64,000 bases of DNA from positions 6,720,001 to 6,784,000 of the forward strand of contig OZ245006.1 in NCBI GenBank assembly GCA_965223545.1, given 5' to 3'. This document shows, piece after piece, positions 29,209 through 39,800 of the stretch. Position 1 is the stretch's first letter. Every line of letters begins with the position of its first letter. Source of the DNA: Planctomycetota bacterium. GTDB lineage: Bacteria > Planctomycetota > UBA1135 > UBA2386. The notes beneath the pieces are model-generated. The model did no database searches. It had not been told where the DNA came from and was given only the letters and a program-made list of their open reading frames with translations. The position numbers were made by a program, and so were the translations under genes.

Positions 29209-29907
29209 TCACGCGGGCCGCTCGCGGAAGTCCAACCGCCCCCGCGACCGCCGCCACCCGCCCCTCAGCAGCCAAGTCCGCGCCCGCACCGTCGGCCGGA
29301 CCACCGGCTCCGACAGCTCCACCACCTCGCGCCACCCGTCGAACCAAGGCGCCGAAGAGTAGACGTCGATCGGCTGCCGCGGCCGTTGCCGGTGGTGCCA
29401 AGCATTCTGCAGCACGTACACCAACGCCCGCCGCACCTCCGTCGGCGAGCGCAGCACGCGCTCGTGAAACCGCTCGGCAAACACCCGCCCCGAGCGTCCC
29501 CACAGCTTGTTCAACCCCCGCGCCATCCGCACCAACAGGCCGGTCATCCCCCGCGTCAACGCCTCCCGATCCTTTGCCTCGACCAAGAGGTGCAAGTGAT
29601 CGCGCTGCACCGAGAACTCCACCAACCGAAACCCGAACCGCCCACACCCAGCCCGGATCCGCTCCACCAGCATCCAATACGTCCGCGCATTGCGTAAGCC
29701 CGGCAACCCCCTGCACAGCCGCACCGTCAAGTGCAGCGGATACCGCGCCACCAGCGTCCCCCGCGCCAAGTGCGGCACCGTCTCATCACTCACCTTGGGC
29801 CGCCCAGCGCCCTCCCGAGCCCCACCCCACTGCCGAAATGGCAGCTCGCCCTGGGCAACCACACGCCGCCGTGCCCCGCGCCGCGTTCGAACGGTCTCGT
29901 TCGTCAT
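29209..29907 (-). mobile_element. Y1 HUH transposase, REP-associated tyrosine transposase (RAYT)-like
   Basis: PLHLTVR, DHLHLLVE (HUH), ERFH, catalytic Tyr in ALVYVLQN, YSSA; marked strand skew and an AT-rich upstream region. Confidence 0.8.
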
Positions 29908-30148
29908 TTGAATTAGCGACCTTATAGAAATGGGAGCAATCATGCAAGATCCGGACAAGAAATCTGCGCAGGAGCAGCCGGCGACTCGCACGCGACACCC
30001 TCTGCTCCCACGACGCTGAGGCGAGTGCGTGCCACCTCGCCACGAAACGCGCGCTCTTGATTCCGCGACCTTCAGGCGCGCGGGGGGCCGGGCTCGCGGA
30101 GAGTCAAGCGGGAGCTCTCGCGGTGCGGCAGGTCACCGGCGTTGGCAG

Positions 30149-31318
30149 CTATGCACGGCGGAGGGCCTCGGTCGGCGTCATCCGCGCCGCGCGCCATGCG
30201 GGGATGGCGCCACCGATCAGACCGAGGAGAACAGCGAACGCCACTGCGCCGCCGAGGACGACGGCGTTGATGCGCACCGAGAACGCGATCTCGGAAAAGG
30301 TCGCCATGTTGATGGTGCCGGTCTCGATGCCGTTGAGCGGCAGCACCAGCAGGCAGCCCAGCAAGCCGCCGAGCAGGCCGAGCAGGGCCGCCTCGAACAA
30401 GAACGAGACGAACAATGCCCACGGCCGAAAGCCGAGGGAGAGCAGGATGCCGATCTCGCGGCCGCGCGCCGCGATCGCCGCCAGCATCGAGTTGGTGCCG
30501 GTGAAGATCGCCGCCAGCCCCATGATGATGCCGAGCAAGACACCGACACTGATGAAGGTCGCCGACAGCGCGCCGGTCTGACTGCTCAGATACTCGGGCT
30601 CGCCGATCGCCTTGACGAAGATGCGCGGCTCGGCCTCCAGCCGTGCCGACAGCGCGGCGACATCGGTGCCGGGTTGTAGACGGGCGAACACCCGGCTGTA
30701 GACCGGGCGCTGCAGTGCCTCGAGCAGACGGTCGGCATCGCCCCAGATCTCCGAGTCGTGTTGGCCGGTCGCCGAGAACACGCCGACGACGCGGAACGGC
30801 GTCGTGTTGACCACCAGCACGTCGTCGATGTTGCAATCGCGGATGCGGCCGCGCAGCGCGCGGCCGACGATCAGCTCGTCGGCGCCGGGCTGTGGCGCAG
30901 TGCCCTCGACGATCGCGAAGCGTTCGCCGTGCACCGCGTAGCTGCGTGGCTGCACGCCGCGGAAGCCGACGTTGACCTCGCCGCCGTCGAGCTTGGCTCT
31001 GCGGATCGCCAGAAACACCTCGGCCGAGGCCAGCGGCTGGCCGTCATCGCCGGTCGCGATCTCGGGCGTGCTCTTGATCAGCGCATCGACGCGGTCGCGC
31101 GTGATCCCGCTCTCGCCCTCGGAAGTGGCGCCCGGGCGCAAGAAGATGGCGACGTCGGCGTCACCGCGCTCGACGAACATCCGGGCAAAGCCCTGCTGCA
31201 GGGCCAGCATGCCGGCGAGCACGGCGACGGTCGCCGCGATCGACAGCACGGTCAGCAGCGTCGCGCTGCTGCGGGCAAACAGGCTGCGGAGGTTGTAGGA
31301 GAAGGGGACGAGTCGCAT
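30149..31318 (-). CDS. ABC transporter permease (FtsX/MacB family)
   Basis: YNLRSL, REIGILLSLGF, FEAALLG, PAWRAAR...ALR. Confidence 0.92.
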   Translation of the reverse strand: MRLVPFSYNLRSLFARSSATLLTVLSIAATVAVLAGMLALQQGFARMFVERGDADVAIFLRPGATSEGESGITRDRVDALIKSTPEIATGDDGQPLASAEVFLAIRRAKLDGGEVNVGFRGVQPRSYAVHGERFAIVEGTAPQPGADELIVGRALRGRIRDCNIDDVLVVNTTPFRVVGVFSATGQHDSEIWGDADRLLEALQRPVYSRVFARLQPGTDVAALSARLEAEPRIFVKAIGEPEYLSSQTGALSATFISVGVLLGIIMGLAAIFTGTNSMLAAIAARGREIGILLSLGFRPWALFVSFLFEAALLGLLGGLLGCLLVLPLNGIETGTINMATFSEIAFSVRINAVVLGGAVAFAVLLGLIGGAIPAWRAARMTPTEALRRA

Positions 31319-31457
31319 GGCTCGACCGCGGTGGGGCGCGCGCACTCGGATCGGTGTGCGCGTGGAGGTTAGAAGGTCGGATCTTGGGAGGAAAGGTCTT
31401 GTATCGCCGCTCGGTCGCGGTCGGCCGCGCCGTGCTGGGCAGCGAACGCGGGCCACA

Positions 31458-31510
31458 CCCCTTGACAGTCTAGGGGAGAGGCGTCATGCTTCCTCTAGAC
31501 CATCTAGGGG
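31458..31510 (+). promoter_or_regulatory. padR promoter with two palindromic operators
   Basis: CCCCTTGACAGTCTAGGGG (31458-31476, contains TTGACA) and CCTCTAGACCATCTAGGGG (31492-31510); CATGCT lies 17 nt after TTGACA. Confidence 0.72.
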
Positions 31511-31514
31511 ACTC

Positions 31515-31859
31515 ATGCCCAAGACCAAGAACGACCTGCTGCCCGGTACGCTCGATCTGCTCGTCCTCAAGACTCTCTCGGCCGGCGACGAGCACGGCTA
31601 CGGGATCGCGCGCAAGATCCTGACCACGTCGCGCGAGGTCTTGGGAGTCGAAGAGGGTTCGCTTTACCCCGCCCTGCACCGGATGGAGCGCAAGGGGTGG
31701 ATCCGCGCCGAATGGGGACTGTCGGAGTCCAACCGGCGCGCGAAGTTCTACGCGCTGACGCGGGCGGGCCGCAAACGCTTGCAGCTCGAGACGGAGAATT
31801 GGAAGACCTTCTCGCGGGCGGTGACGCGCGTCCTCGACGCGCGGACCGCGAGGGCGTGA
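31515..31859 (+). CDS. PadR family transcriptional regulator (Acidobacterial type)
   Basis: GTLDLLVLKTL, HGYGI, EEGSLYPALHR, SNRRAKFY. Confidence 0.95.
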   Translation: MPKTKNDLLPGTLDLLVLKTLSAGDEHGYGIARKILTTSREVLGVEEGSLYPALHRMERKGWIRAEWGLSESNRRAKFYALTRAGRKRLQLETENWKTFSRAVTRVLDARTARA

Positions 31860-31860
31860 C

Positions 31861-33384
31861 ATGGGCCTGGGCCGCCTCGCAGCCGTGGTGCTTCCCTGGA
31901 GGCACTGGAAGAGCGCGGAGCAGCTGCGCGAGGAGATCGACGCCGAAGTCCGGTTCCACCTCGAGGAGCTCGAAAGGACCCTGCGGTCGGAAGGACTGCC
32001 GCGGGACCGCGCCTGGGCCGAGGCCGAGGCGCGGTTCGGCGACGTGCAGCGCCTCAAGCTCGACTGCTTCGCGATTCAGATGGGTGAGCGCATCATGCTG
32101 CAGAGGATCCAGTGGGGCATCATTGCCGTTCTCGCCGTGGCGTTGGTCGTGATGATGTTCGTCTACGCGAACACCGTCGGGGCGCAGCGCGCCATGCTGG
32201 ACACGCTGCGCGCGGAGGCGGCCGCCAACATGGAGCGTGCGCAGCGCGAGGCGGCGCTCGCGCTCGAGTACCGTGCCGACGTCGAGGAGCTCGAGAGGCT
32301 TTCGGGCGTGCTGCAGGCCCCGGCGCGCGAGCAGGTGCCGTCGACGCCCGAGTCGGTGACGGCGCACTGGCGCGCGCGCTTCTTGGAGAGGCCGGACGAC
32401 GCCCGCCACGGGCTCGCCGTCGCGCGCGCCCTGCTGGAGCAGCTGGATCCGGCCGAGGCGGTCCGCGTCTTGGGAGAGATCTGGTCCGATCTCTCGGACG
32501 GTCACAAATCGCGGGTGCTCGAGGCCGTCGCCGGCGCGCCCGGACACCCCGGGGTGCTGACGGTGATGCACTGGGGAGCGACGGACGGCGCGCTCGGCGT
32601 GCAGAACGAGGCCTTCTCGCATCTCGCCAGCTACGCGTTCCAGAGCTTCTCCGACGACTACGACGCCTATCTCGCTTGGCATGCGCGCTGGGGCGACCGG
32701 CCGCCCGGCGAGGTCCTGGAGGCCAACGCCCGCGAGTTCGTCGCCCGTCTGCACGGCCGGTCACCCGCAGAGCTCGCCGATGTCCTGCGCGACTTCAACC
32801 GCCTCGACCTGCGCGTTGGCATCGGGCTGGGGATCGACGTTGCCGCAGTGCTCCGCGAGGCGGGAGTGCTGCGGGTCGTCGAGAGCTGGTTGACGTCGGA
32901 GGATCGAGATACGTTGCGTCGCGCGTTCCGCTGGGCGGCGTCCCTCGAGCCCGGCGAGGCCTGGATGCGCCAGCACATGCTGCCGCTGGTGACGGCGTCA
33001 CAGACCGGCGTCGACGCACGCGCTGCCGCGGCGATGCGGGCGCTGGGGAGCCCCGACAACGCGTGGGCGGTTCCGGCGATCGTCGACTACCTGGGCCGCG
33101 TGGTTCCGCTGACGAAGGACGATACGCCGCACGATGGTGTCTGGAGCGGAGCGAGTGCGTTGGCGGGGATCGGCGATCCGTCGGTCATTCCCGTTTTGAT
33201 CGGTCATATCGTGGCGAACCCCTGCTACGACACTGTCTACGGCATCGGCTACTTCGGCCTCGGCAAGCTGACCGGCGTTTCCTGGGATGAGTCGCACGAC
33301 GCGGAGTGGTGGGTCGAGTGGTGGGACAAGAACTTGCAGCGTTTTCCGCCGCACGTGCAAGCGATCCCCATTCCCGGCCGATGA
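31861..33384 (+). CDS. Membrane-anchored protein with permease-prefix-like N-terminus and helical (HEAT-like) C-terminal region
   Basis: EIDAEVRFHLE...EGL...A..RFGD, one TM, coiled coil, ALGSP/ALAGIGDP repeats. Confidence 0.75.
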   Translation: MGLGRLAAVVLPWRHWKSAEQLREEIDAEVRFHLEELERTLRSEGLPRDRAWAEAEARFGDVQRLKLDCFAIQMGERIMLQRIQWGIIAVLAVALVVMMFVYANTVGAQRAMLDTLRAEAAANMERAQREAALALEYRADVEELERLSGVLQAPAREQVPSTPESVTAHWRARFLERPDDARHGLAVARALLEQLDPAEAVRVLGEIWSDLSDGHKSRVLEAVAGAPGHPGVLTVMHWGATDGALGVQNEAFSHLASYAFQSFSDDYDAYLAWHARWGDRPPGEVLEANAREFVARLHGRSPAELADVLRDFNRLDLRVGIGLGIDVAAVLREAGVLRVVESWLTSEDRDTLRRAFRWAASLEPGEAWMRQHMLPLVTASQTGVDARAAAAMRALGSPDNAWAVPAIVDYLGRVVPLTKDDTPHDGVWSGASALAGIGDPSVIPVLIGHIVANPCYDTVYGIGYFGLGKLTGVSWDESHDAEWWVEWWDKNLQRFPPHVQAIPIPGR

Positions 33385-33423
33385 TCGGTCGCCAAGAACG
33401 GCGAACCAGCGATCCCGACTGGC

Positions 33424-34596
33424 TCAAACCGCCGCGCGCAGCGCACCGACCGGCGTCAGCCGGCGGTGGGCCCAGCCCGGCACGGCGCCGGCGATCAGGC
33501 CCAACCCCAGCGCGATGCCGATGCCCAGCAGTGCGGTGTCGGGGGTGAGCTCGTAGCCGGGGATGCCGAAGGGGGTCAACGCGCGCGCGATGCTGGCCTG
33601 CAGGCCGTAGCCGACGGCCACGGCGGCGGCGCCGGCGAGGCCGCACAGCAACACCGACTCGAAGACCATCATCGCGAACACGCTGCCGTCGCCGAAGCCG
33701 AGCGCCTTGAGGACGCCGACGTCGCGCACGCGTTCGCGGCCGGCCATCAGCATGGTGTTGAGCACGGCGAAGAAGATCGCGAACAGCACCGCGCCGCCGA
33801 TCATGCGCAGCAGGGCGGGCACGTTGCCGAGCATGCTGAGGAACTGGCGTTGGAACTCGCCCTCGGTGGTGGTCTGCACCCGCTGGGGCCCGTTGGCGAA
33901 CAGCGCGTCGATGTCGGCCATCACCTGCGTGGGGCTGCCGTCGGGCGTGAGCTTGACCAGGTAGACGCCGACGCCATCGGGGCCGCGCGCCGCGCCGGAC
34001 TCGAGCGACTCGCGCAGGTAGTCGTAGTGGAAGAACATCGTGCGCTGGTCGAAGCTCGCCTGCTGCGTCGACTCGTAGATCGCCTCGACGACGAAGTCCC
34101 ACGCGCTGCCGTCGGCGTTGACGAAGATCGTGCCCTGCAGCGGGATCCTGCCGCCGACCTCGAAGCCGTACTCGGTGGCGAGATCGGCGCCGATGAGACA
34201 GCCGATGCGATTGCGGGCGAAGGCCTCGTAGCTGCCGTCCACGATGCGCATCTCGGGGTAGCTCTTCTGCAGCGTGTCGGTGTCGCAGCCGAACTGCGCG
34301 AAGTAGCCGGTCTCGTCGCGGTACTGGCCGCCGAACCACTGCCAGCGGCAGAGCCAATCGACGCCGTCGACGCGCTCGATCTTGGCTCCGTAGTTCAGCG
34401 GAAGATCCACGTACAAGCTGACGGCCGACTGCACCCACAGCCGTGTGTTCGACGCCTTGTCCACCGAGGTGGTGAGCGAGCGTGTCGTCGCCGTCAGCAT
34501 GCACAGCAAGAACACCGCCAGGAACACCGAGCCGAAGGTGAGCAGTGAGCGCAGGGGGTGCGCCCGGATGTTGCGCAGCACGAGCCGCAGCGGCAC
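33424..34596 (-). CDS. ABC transporter permease (FtsX/MacB family)
   Basis: [32 protein letters not shown]. Confidence 0.92.
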   Translation of the reverse strand: MPLRLVLRNIRAHPLRSLLTFGSVFLAVFLLCMLTATTRSLTTSVDKASNTRLWVQSAVSLYVDLPLNYGAKIERVDGVDWLCRWQWFGGQYRDETGYFAQFGCDTDTLQKSYPEMRIVDGSYEAFARNRIGCLIGADLATEYGFEVGGRIPLQGTIFVNADGSAWDFVVEAIYESTQQASFDQRTMFFHYDYLRESLESGAARGPDGVGVYLVKLTPDGSPTQVMADIDALFANGPQRVQTTTEGEFQRQFLSMLGNVPALLRMIGGAVLFAIFFAVLNTMLMAGRERVRDVGVLKALGFGDGSVFAMMVFESVLLCGLAGAAAVAVGYGLQASIARALTPFGIPGYELTPDTALLGIGIALGLGLIAGAVPGWAHRRLTPVGALRAAV

Positions 34597-34597
34597 C

Positions 34598-35320
34598 TCA
34601 GCCCTCCTCCGCGCCCGCCGCCGCGACCGCGCGCGCCGTGGCCTCGATCGAGCCCAGCTTGCCCTTGTCGAGGCGCGCCACCTTGTCGGCGAACTCCGCG
34701 GCTTGCGGATCGTGCGTGACCATGAGGATGGTCTTGCCGAGCTCGGTGTTGAGCCGTTGCAGCAGCACGAGCACCTGGTCGGCAGACTCGCGGTCCAGAT
34801 CGCCGGTAGGCTCGTCGGCGAGCAGCAGGACCGGATCGGTGACGATGGCGCGGGCGATGGCGACGCGCTGCTCCTGCCCGCCGGACAGCTCCTTGGGCCG
34901 GTGCTTCATGCGGTCGCGCAGACCGACCAGGTCGAGCGCCAGCTCGGCGCGCTCGCGGCGCTCGCGGCGCGGAACCGGGGTCAGCATCAGCGCCAGCTCG
35001 AGGTTCTCGATCGCCGACAGCACCGGGATCAGATTGAACCCTTGAAACACGAAGCCGACGGTCTCGGCGCGCCACGCGGCGAGGCTCCTGTTGTCGAGCT
35101 CGGCGATGTCCTCGCCGTCGACCCACAGCTCGCCGGAATCGGGCCGGTCGAGACCGCCCAGCTGGTTGAGCAGAGTGGTCTTGCCGGAGCCCGAAGGCCC
35201 CATCAGCGCGTAGAACGCGCCGCGGGGCACCTGGAAGTCGAGCTCGTCCAAGACGCGCAGCGTCTGGCCGCCGCGCTCGTACCAGCGGCTGACGCCGCGC
35301 ACGTCGATCAGGGCACTCAC
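34598..35320 (-). CDS. ABC transporter ATP-binding protein (LolD/MacB-like)
   Basis: [28 protein letters not shown]. Confidence 0.96.
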   Translation of the reverse strand: MSALIDVRGVSRWYERGGQTLRVLDELDFQVPRGAFYALMGPSGSGKTTLLNQLGGLDRPDSGELWVDGEDIAELDNRSLAAWRAETVGFVFQGFNLIPVLSAIENLELALMLTPVPRRERRERAELALDLVGLRDRMKHRPKELSGGQEQRVAIARAIVTDPVLLLADEPTGDLDRESADQVLVLLQRLNTELGKTILMVTHDPQAAEFADKVARLDKGKLGSIEATARAVAAAGAEEG

Positions 35321-36762
35321 GATCCCCCCGCGATGCGCACGCGGTCGCCCGGTTGCAGGTCGAGCGGTGGCTCGATCACGACGCGCTGGCCGGGGCGGAG
35401 ACCGTCGCGGATCGCCACCTGGTTGCCGCGCCGGCTGCCGAGGCGGACCGCCGCGAACGCCACCACGTCGCGCTCGAGGGTGAACACGCCGTCGGTGCCG
35501 TCGACCTGAACCACCGCGGATTGGGGCACGAGGATGGCGGGGCCGCCGGCCGCCGGCTCCCGCGCGCCGCTCGCCTCGGCAACACCCGCCTCCTCATCGG
35601 CCGGTGTGCTCGAGAACACGACCCGCACACCCATCTCCGGTCGCAGCCGGTCGTCCTTGTCGAGCAGCGCGATGCGGACTTCGATGGTCGCCTTCTGTCG
35701 GTTGGCGGTCGGCCAGATCCGGTCGACCCGACCGCGGTACGGCGTGTCGGGGTAGGCGTCGAGATAGATCGTCGCCTCGCCGCCGACGGCGACGCCGGCG
35801 ACGCTGGTCTCGGGTACCTCGGCCTGCGCTTCGAGCGAGTCGAGGTCGACCATCGTGCACACCGAGCCGCGTGCGTTGGAGCCGCCCTGCGAGTTGGGCG
35901 AGACGACCTCGCCGACTTCGGCGTCCTTCAGCACGACGATGCCGTCGAACGGGGCGCGCACCTCGGTCTTGTCGAGTGTTGCCTGGGCCAGGTCGCGCGC
36001 CGCGCGGCGCTCGTCGACCACGGCCTCGGCGCTGCGCTGGCGCGCCTGCGCGGTCGCGATGCGCGCCGCCGCCAGGCCGACCTGCGCGTCGGCGGCGGCG
36101 CGGCGGGCGCGGGCGGCACTGAGGCGGGCGGTGTCGCGGTCGAGCGCGGCCTTGGCGCTGTCCAGCGCGCGCTGCTCGCCGACGCCGCTCTCCCGCAGCG
36201 TCGCCGCCCGCCGGTGCTCGATCTCGGCGAGCGCCGCCGCGGCTTCGGCCTCGGCCACGGCCTGCTCCGCGGCCTCGGCGCTGCGCTCCTCTTGGCGGTG
36301 GTCGGCCTCTGCCTGCGCGACCTCCGCGGCCGCCCGTTCCACTTCGACCGCGGCAGTGCCGAGCTCGGCTTCGGCGCGGCGCAGCGAGGCGGCGTACTCG
36401 GCCGCGTACAGGCGGGCGACGACGTCGCCGCGGCGCACCACCGACCCCTCGGTGACGTTGAGCTCGACGATGCGCCCGGGCGTGTCGGCGGACAACGCCG
36501 CGCGGCGCGCGGCGACGATGTGGCCGTTGGCCGCCGTGCCGCGCGCGGCGGCCGCGGCGGCGGGGTGGCTCTCGGTCACCTGCAGCACCTGCACCTCGGG
36601 CAGTCGCACGCGGTCGAGCCAGCGGTTGAGGGGACCCCAGAACAGCGCCACCGCGCCGCCGGCGACCAGCAGCCCGACGCCGCGGCCGAACCACGGGCTG
36701 CGCGCGGCGCTGGTCCGGCGACGGCCAGCGCCGCGCTCGATCTTCAGGCCGGAGACGTCCAC
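35317..36762 (-). CDS. Efflux periplasmic adaptor (membrane fusion protein)
   Basis: TM, lipoyl half-motifs (GRIVELNVTEG; VRAPFDG), long Ala-rich hairpin, LRPEM; GTG start inferred. Confidence 0.9.
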   Translation of the reverse strand: MDVSGLKIERGAGRRRTSAARSPWFGRGVGLLVAGGAVALFWGPLNRWLDRVRLPEVQVLQVTESHPAAAAAARGTAANGHIVAARRAALSADTPGRIVELNVTEGSVVRRGDVVARLYAAEYAASLRRAEAELGTAAVEVERAAAEVAQAEADHRQEERSAEAAEQAVAEAEAAAALAEIEHRRAATLRESGVGEQRALDSAKAALDRDTARLSAARARRAAADAQVGLAAARIATAQARQRSAEAVVDERRAARDLAQATLDKTEVRAPFDGIVVLKDAEVGEVVSPNSQGGSNARGSVCTMVDLDSLEAQAEVPETSVAGVAVGGEATIYLDAYPDTPYRGRVDRIWPTANRQKATIEVRIALLDKDDRLRPEMGVRVVFSSTPADEEAGVAEASGAREPAAGGPAILVPQSAVVQVDGTDGVFTLERDVVAFAAVRLGSRRGNQVAIRDGLRPGQRVVIEPPLDLQPGDRVRIAGGS

Positions 36763-36868
36763 GGCCGGGCAAGCTACCACATCGGGCCGCCAACGCGATG
36801 CCGCGAAGGCAAGGCGTTCGATCCGTGGACTGGGGCGGTGGCCGGCGGTCCGGTATGGTGCCGGCCCG

Positions 36869-39800
36869 ATGACGGACGTGCGGTGTCGCCCGGCGGTCGG
36901 CGTGCAGGACGCGGTGCGCGTCGCGCAAGAGCACTTCGGCCTGCAGGTTGCCGCGGCGCGCGAGCTGCCGAGCGAGCGCGACCGCAACTTCGAGCTGCGC
37001 GGCGATCGCGGCACGGTCGTCTGCAAGTTCGCCAACCCGGCCGAGCCGGATGCGCGCCTCGAGCTGCAAAACCGAATGCTGCGCCAGCTCGAGGCCGAGG
37101 GGCTGCCGCCGGACAGCGTGCCGCGGCTGGTGCCGACGACCGGCGGTGCGGTGATGCCGGCGGTCGACTGCGGCGGCGCGCGGCTGCGCGTGCGCTGCCT
37201 GACGCACTTGCCGGGCGTGCCGCTGGCCCGCTATCGGCCGCACGATGTGGAGTTGCTCGGGGCGATCGGGGCTCTGCTGGCGCGGATCGATTCGGCGCTG
37301 TCCAAGCTCGGCGACCCCGGCGCGTCGCCGGACGAGTTCTGCTGGGACCTGCTCGGTGCGGATGCGGTGATCGCGCGCGGTGCGCCGCGCATCGCGGATC
37401 GAGCGACGCGGGCGCGCGTCGACGCGATCGGCGAGGTGTTGGCGCGCGAAGTGCTGCCCGCCGCCGCCGCACTGCCGCGGAGCCTGATCCACAACGACGC
37501 CAACGACTACAACGTGCTGGTCGCGGCGCGCGGGCCGGCGCAGGCGCCGCGCGTCGGGTTGATCGACTTCGGCGACGCGGTGGTGTCGGTTTCGATCGCC
37601 GAGCTGGCCGTCGGCATCGCCTACGCCGTGCTGGGCAAACGCGCGCCCCTGGCGGTGGCGTGCGCGATGACCGCCGGCTACCACGGCGAACGGCAGCTGG
37701 CGGAAGACGAGCTGCGGGTCTTGTGGCCGCTAGCGAGGGCGCGGCTCGCGCTGAGCGCGGCCAACGCGGCCGTGCAGTGCGAGGCAGCACCCGACAACGA
37801 CTACCTCGCGGTGTCGCAGGCAGCGGTCGCCGAGGCGCTGGCGAGTACCGAGGCGGTGCACCCGCGCTTGGCGGAGGCCGCGCTGCGCGATGCGTGTGGG
37901 TTGCCGGCGTCTCCCCATGGCGCCCGCGTCGGCGCTTGGCTGGCCGGCCAAGCCAGCGCGCTGTCCACCGTGCTCGGCGAGCCGTGGGGCGTCGCCGACG
38001 CGACTCTGTTGGACGCCAGCGTCGGCGGCGGGGACGGCGAGGCTCTGTCCGCCGCTGCCCCGGAGGCCGGGCTGGCGCTCGGCCGCTACGACGAGGCGCG
38101 CGCAGTGTACACCGCCGCCGGGTTCGCAGTGGCCAGCGACGACGGAGAGCAGCGGCGGACGGTGCACCTCGGCGTCGACCTGTGCGCGCCGGCGGGCACC
38201 GCAGTGCGGGCGCCGCTCGACGGCGAGGTCGTCGTCGTCGCCGACCGCGACGCGGAGCTCGACTACGGTCCACTGGTCGTGCTCTGGCACCGGCCCGCGG
38301 GCGGCCCCGAGTTCGCGACGCTGTACGGGCATCTCGATCCCGCAGTGCTCGACGGGTTGGAGGTCGGCCAGCGCGTCGCGGCGGGCCGGGCGTTCGCGGC
38401 GATCGGCGCGCCGCCGCGCAACGGCGGCTGGCGCCCGCACCTGCACCTACAAGTGCTGGCAGACTTGCTCGACGTGCGCACCGCGCGCGACTTTCCCGGC
38501 GTCTGCGACCCGGCGCAGCGCGCGGTGTGGACCGCCTTGTGTCCCGATCCAAGTCCGCTGGTCGGTGTCGACGTGCGTGCCCCGCAGCGTTCGAGCGCAG
38601 CCCTGCGCGCCCAGCGCGACGCGCGCCTGGGGCCGTCGTTGAGCTTGGCCTACGACCGGCCGCTGCAAATCGTGCGCGGCCGCGGTGCGCACCTGTTCGA
38701 CGCCGATGGCCGGGCCTATCTCGACTGCGTCAACAACGTTTGCCATGTCGGCCACGCCCACCCGCGGGTGGTGGCAGCACTGGCGGCGCAAGCGGCGCTG
38801 CTCAACACCAATACGCGCTATCTGCACGAGAATCTGTCAGCCTACGCCGAGCGCCTGACCGCGCGCTTGCCGGCGCCGTTGACGCACTGCTTCTTCGTCT
38901 GCTCGGGCAGCGAGGCCAACGAGCTGGCGCTGCGCATGGCGCGCGCCGCCACCGGCCGCCACGGCGTGGTGATGTTGGAGGGGGCGTACCACGGCAACAC
39001 CCAGGCGCTGGTCGACATCAGTCCGTACAAGCACGACGGGCCCGGCGGTGGCGGTGCGCCGCCTTGGGCGCGCGCGGCCGCGCTGCCCCACGGCTACCGC
39101 GGTTGCGTGCGCGGGCCGCGCGACACCGTGGGAGAGGCCTATGCAGCGCGCGTGCGCGACGCCCTGGCGGCTCTGGTCGACAGCGGCTGGCCGCCGGCGG
39201 CGTTCATCGCCGAGTCCATCGGTGGCGTCGCCGGTCAAATCGTCTGGCCCGACGGCTACCTGGCGGCGGCCTACCGTCACGCGCGCGCCGCGGGGGCGTT
39301 GTGCATTGCCGACGAGGTGCAGGTCGGCTTCGGCCGCGTGGGCTCCCACTTCTGGGCGTTCGAGAGCCAAGGCGTGGTGCCGGACATCGTCACCCTGGGC
39401 AAGCCGATCGGCAACGGTCACCCGCTGGCGGCGGTGGTCACCACCGAGGCGATCGCGCGCGCGTTCGCCAACGGGATGGAGTACTTCAATACCTTCGGTG
39501 GCAACCCGGTTTCGTGCGCGGTCGGCATGGCGGTGCTCGACGTCATCGACAGCGAGCAGCTGATGGCGCGGGCGGACCGGGTCGGTGCGCAGCTGATCTC
39601 GGGGTTGCGCGAGGTACAGCAGCGCCGCGCGCTGATCGGCGAAGTGCGCGGACTCGGGCTGTTCGTCGGCGTGGAGCTGGTCACCGATCGCACCGAGCGC
39701 ACCCCGGCGGCGGCGCACGCCAGCCGCGTCTGCGAGCGGCTGCGCGCGCGCGGCATTCTGCTCAGCACCGATGGACCGGACCACAACGTGCTCAAGATCA

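Noticed and set aside
15818..29962. Shared 11-mer CGGACAAGAAA upstream of nirK and of the transposase
   Set aside because: Matches of this length are expected by chance in 64 kb; the second site lacks the palindrome.
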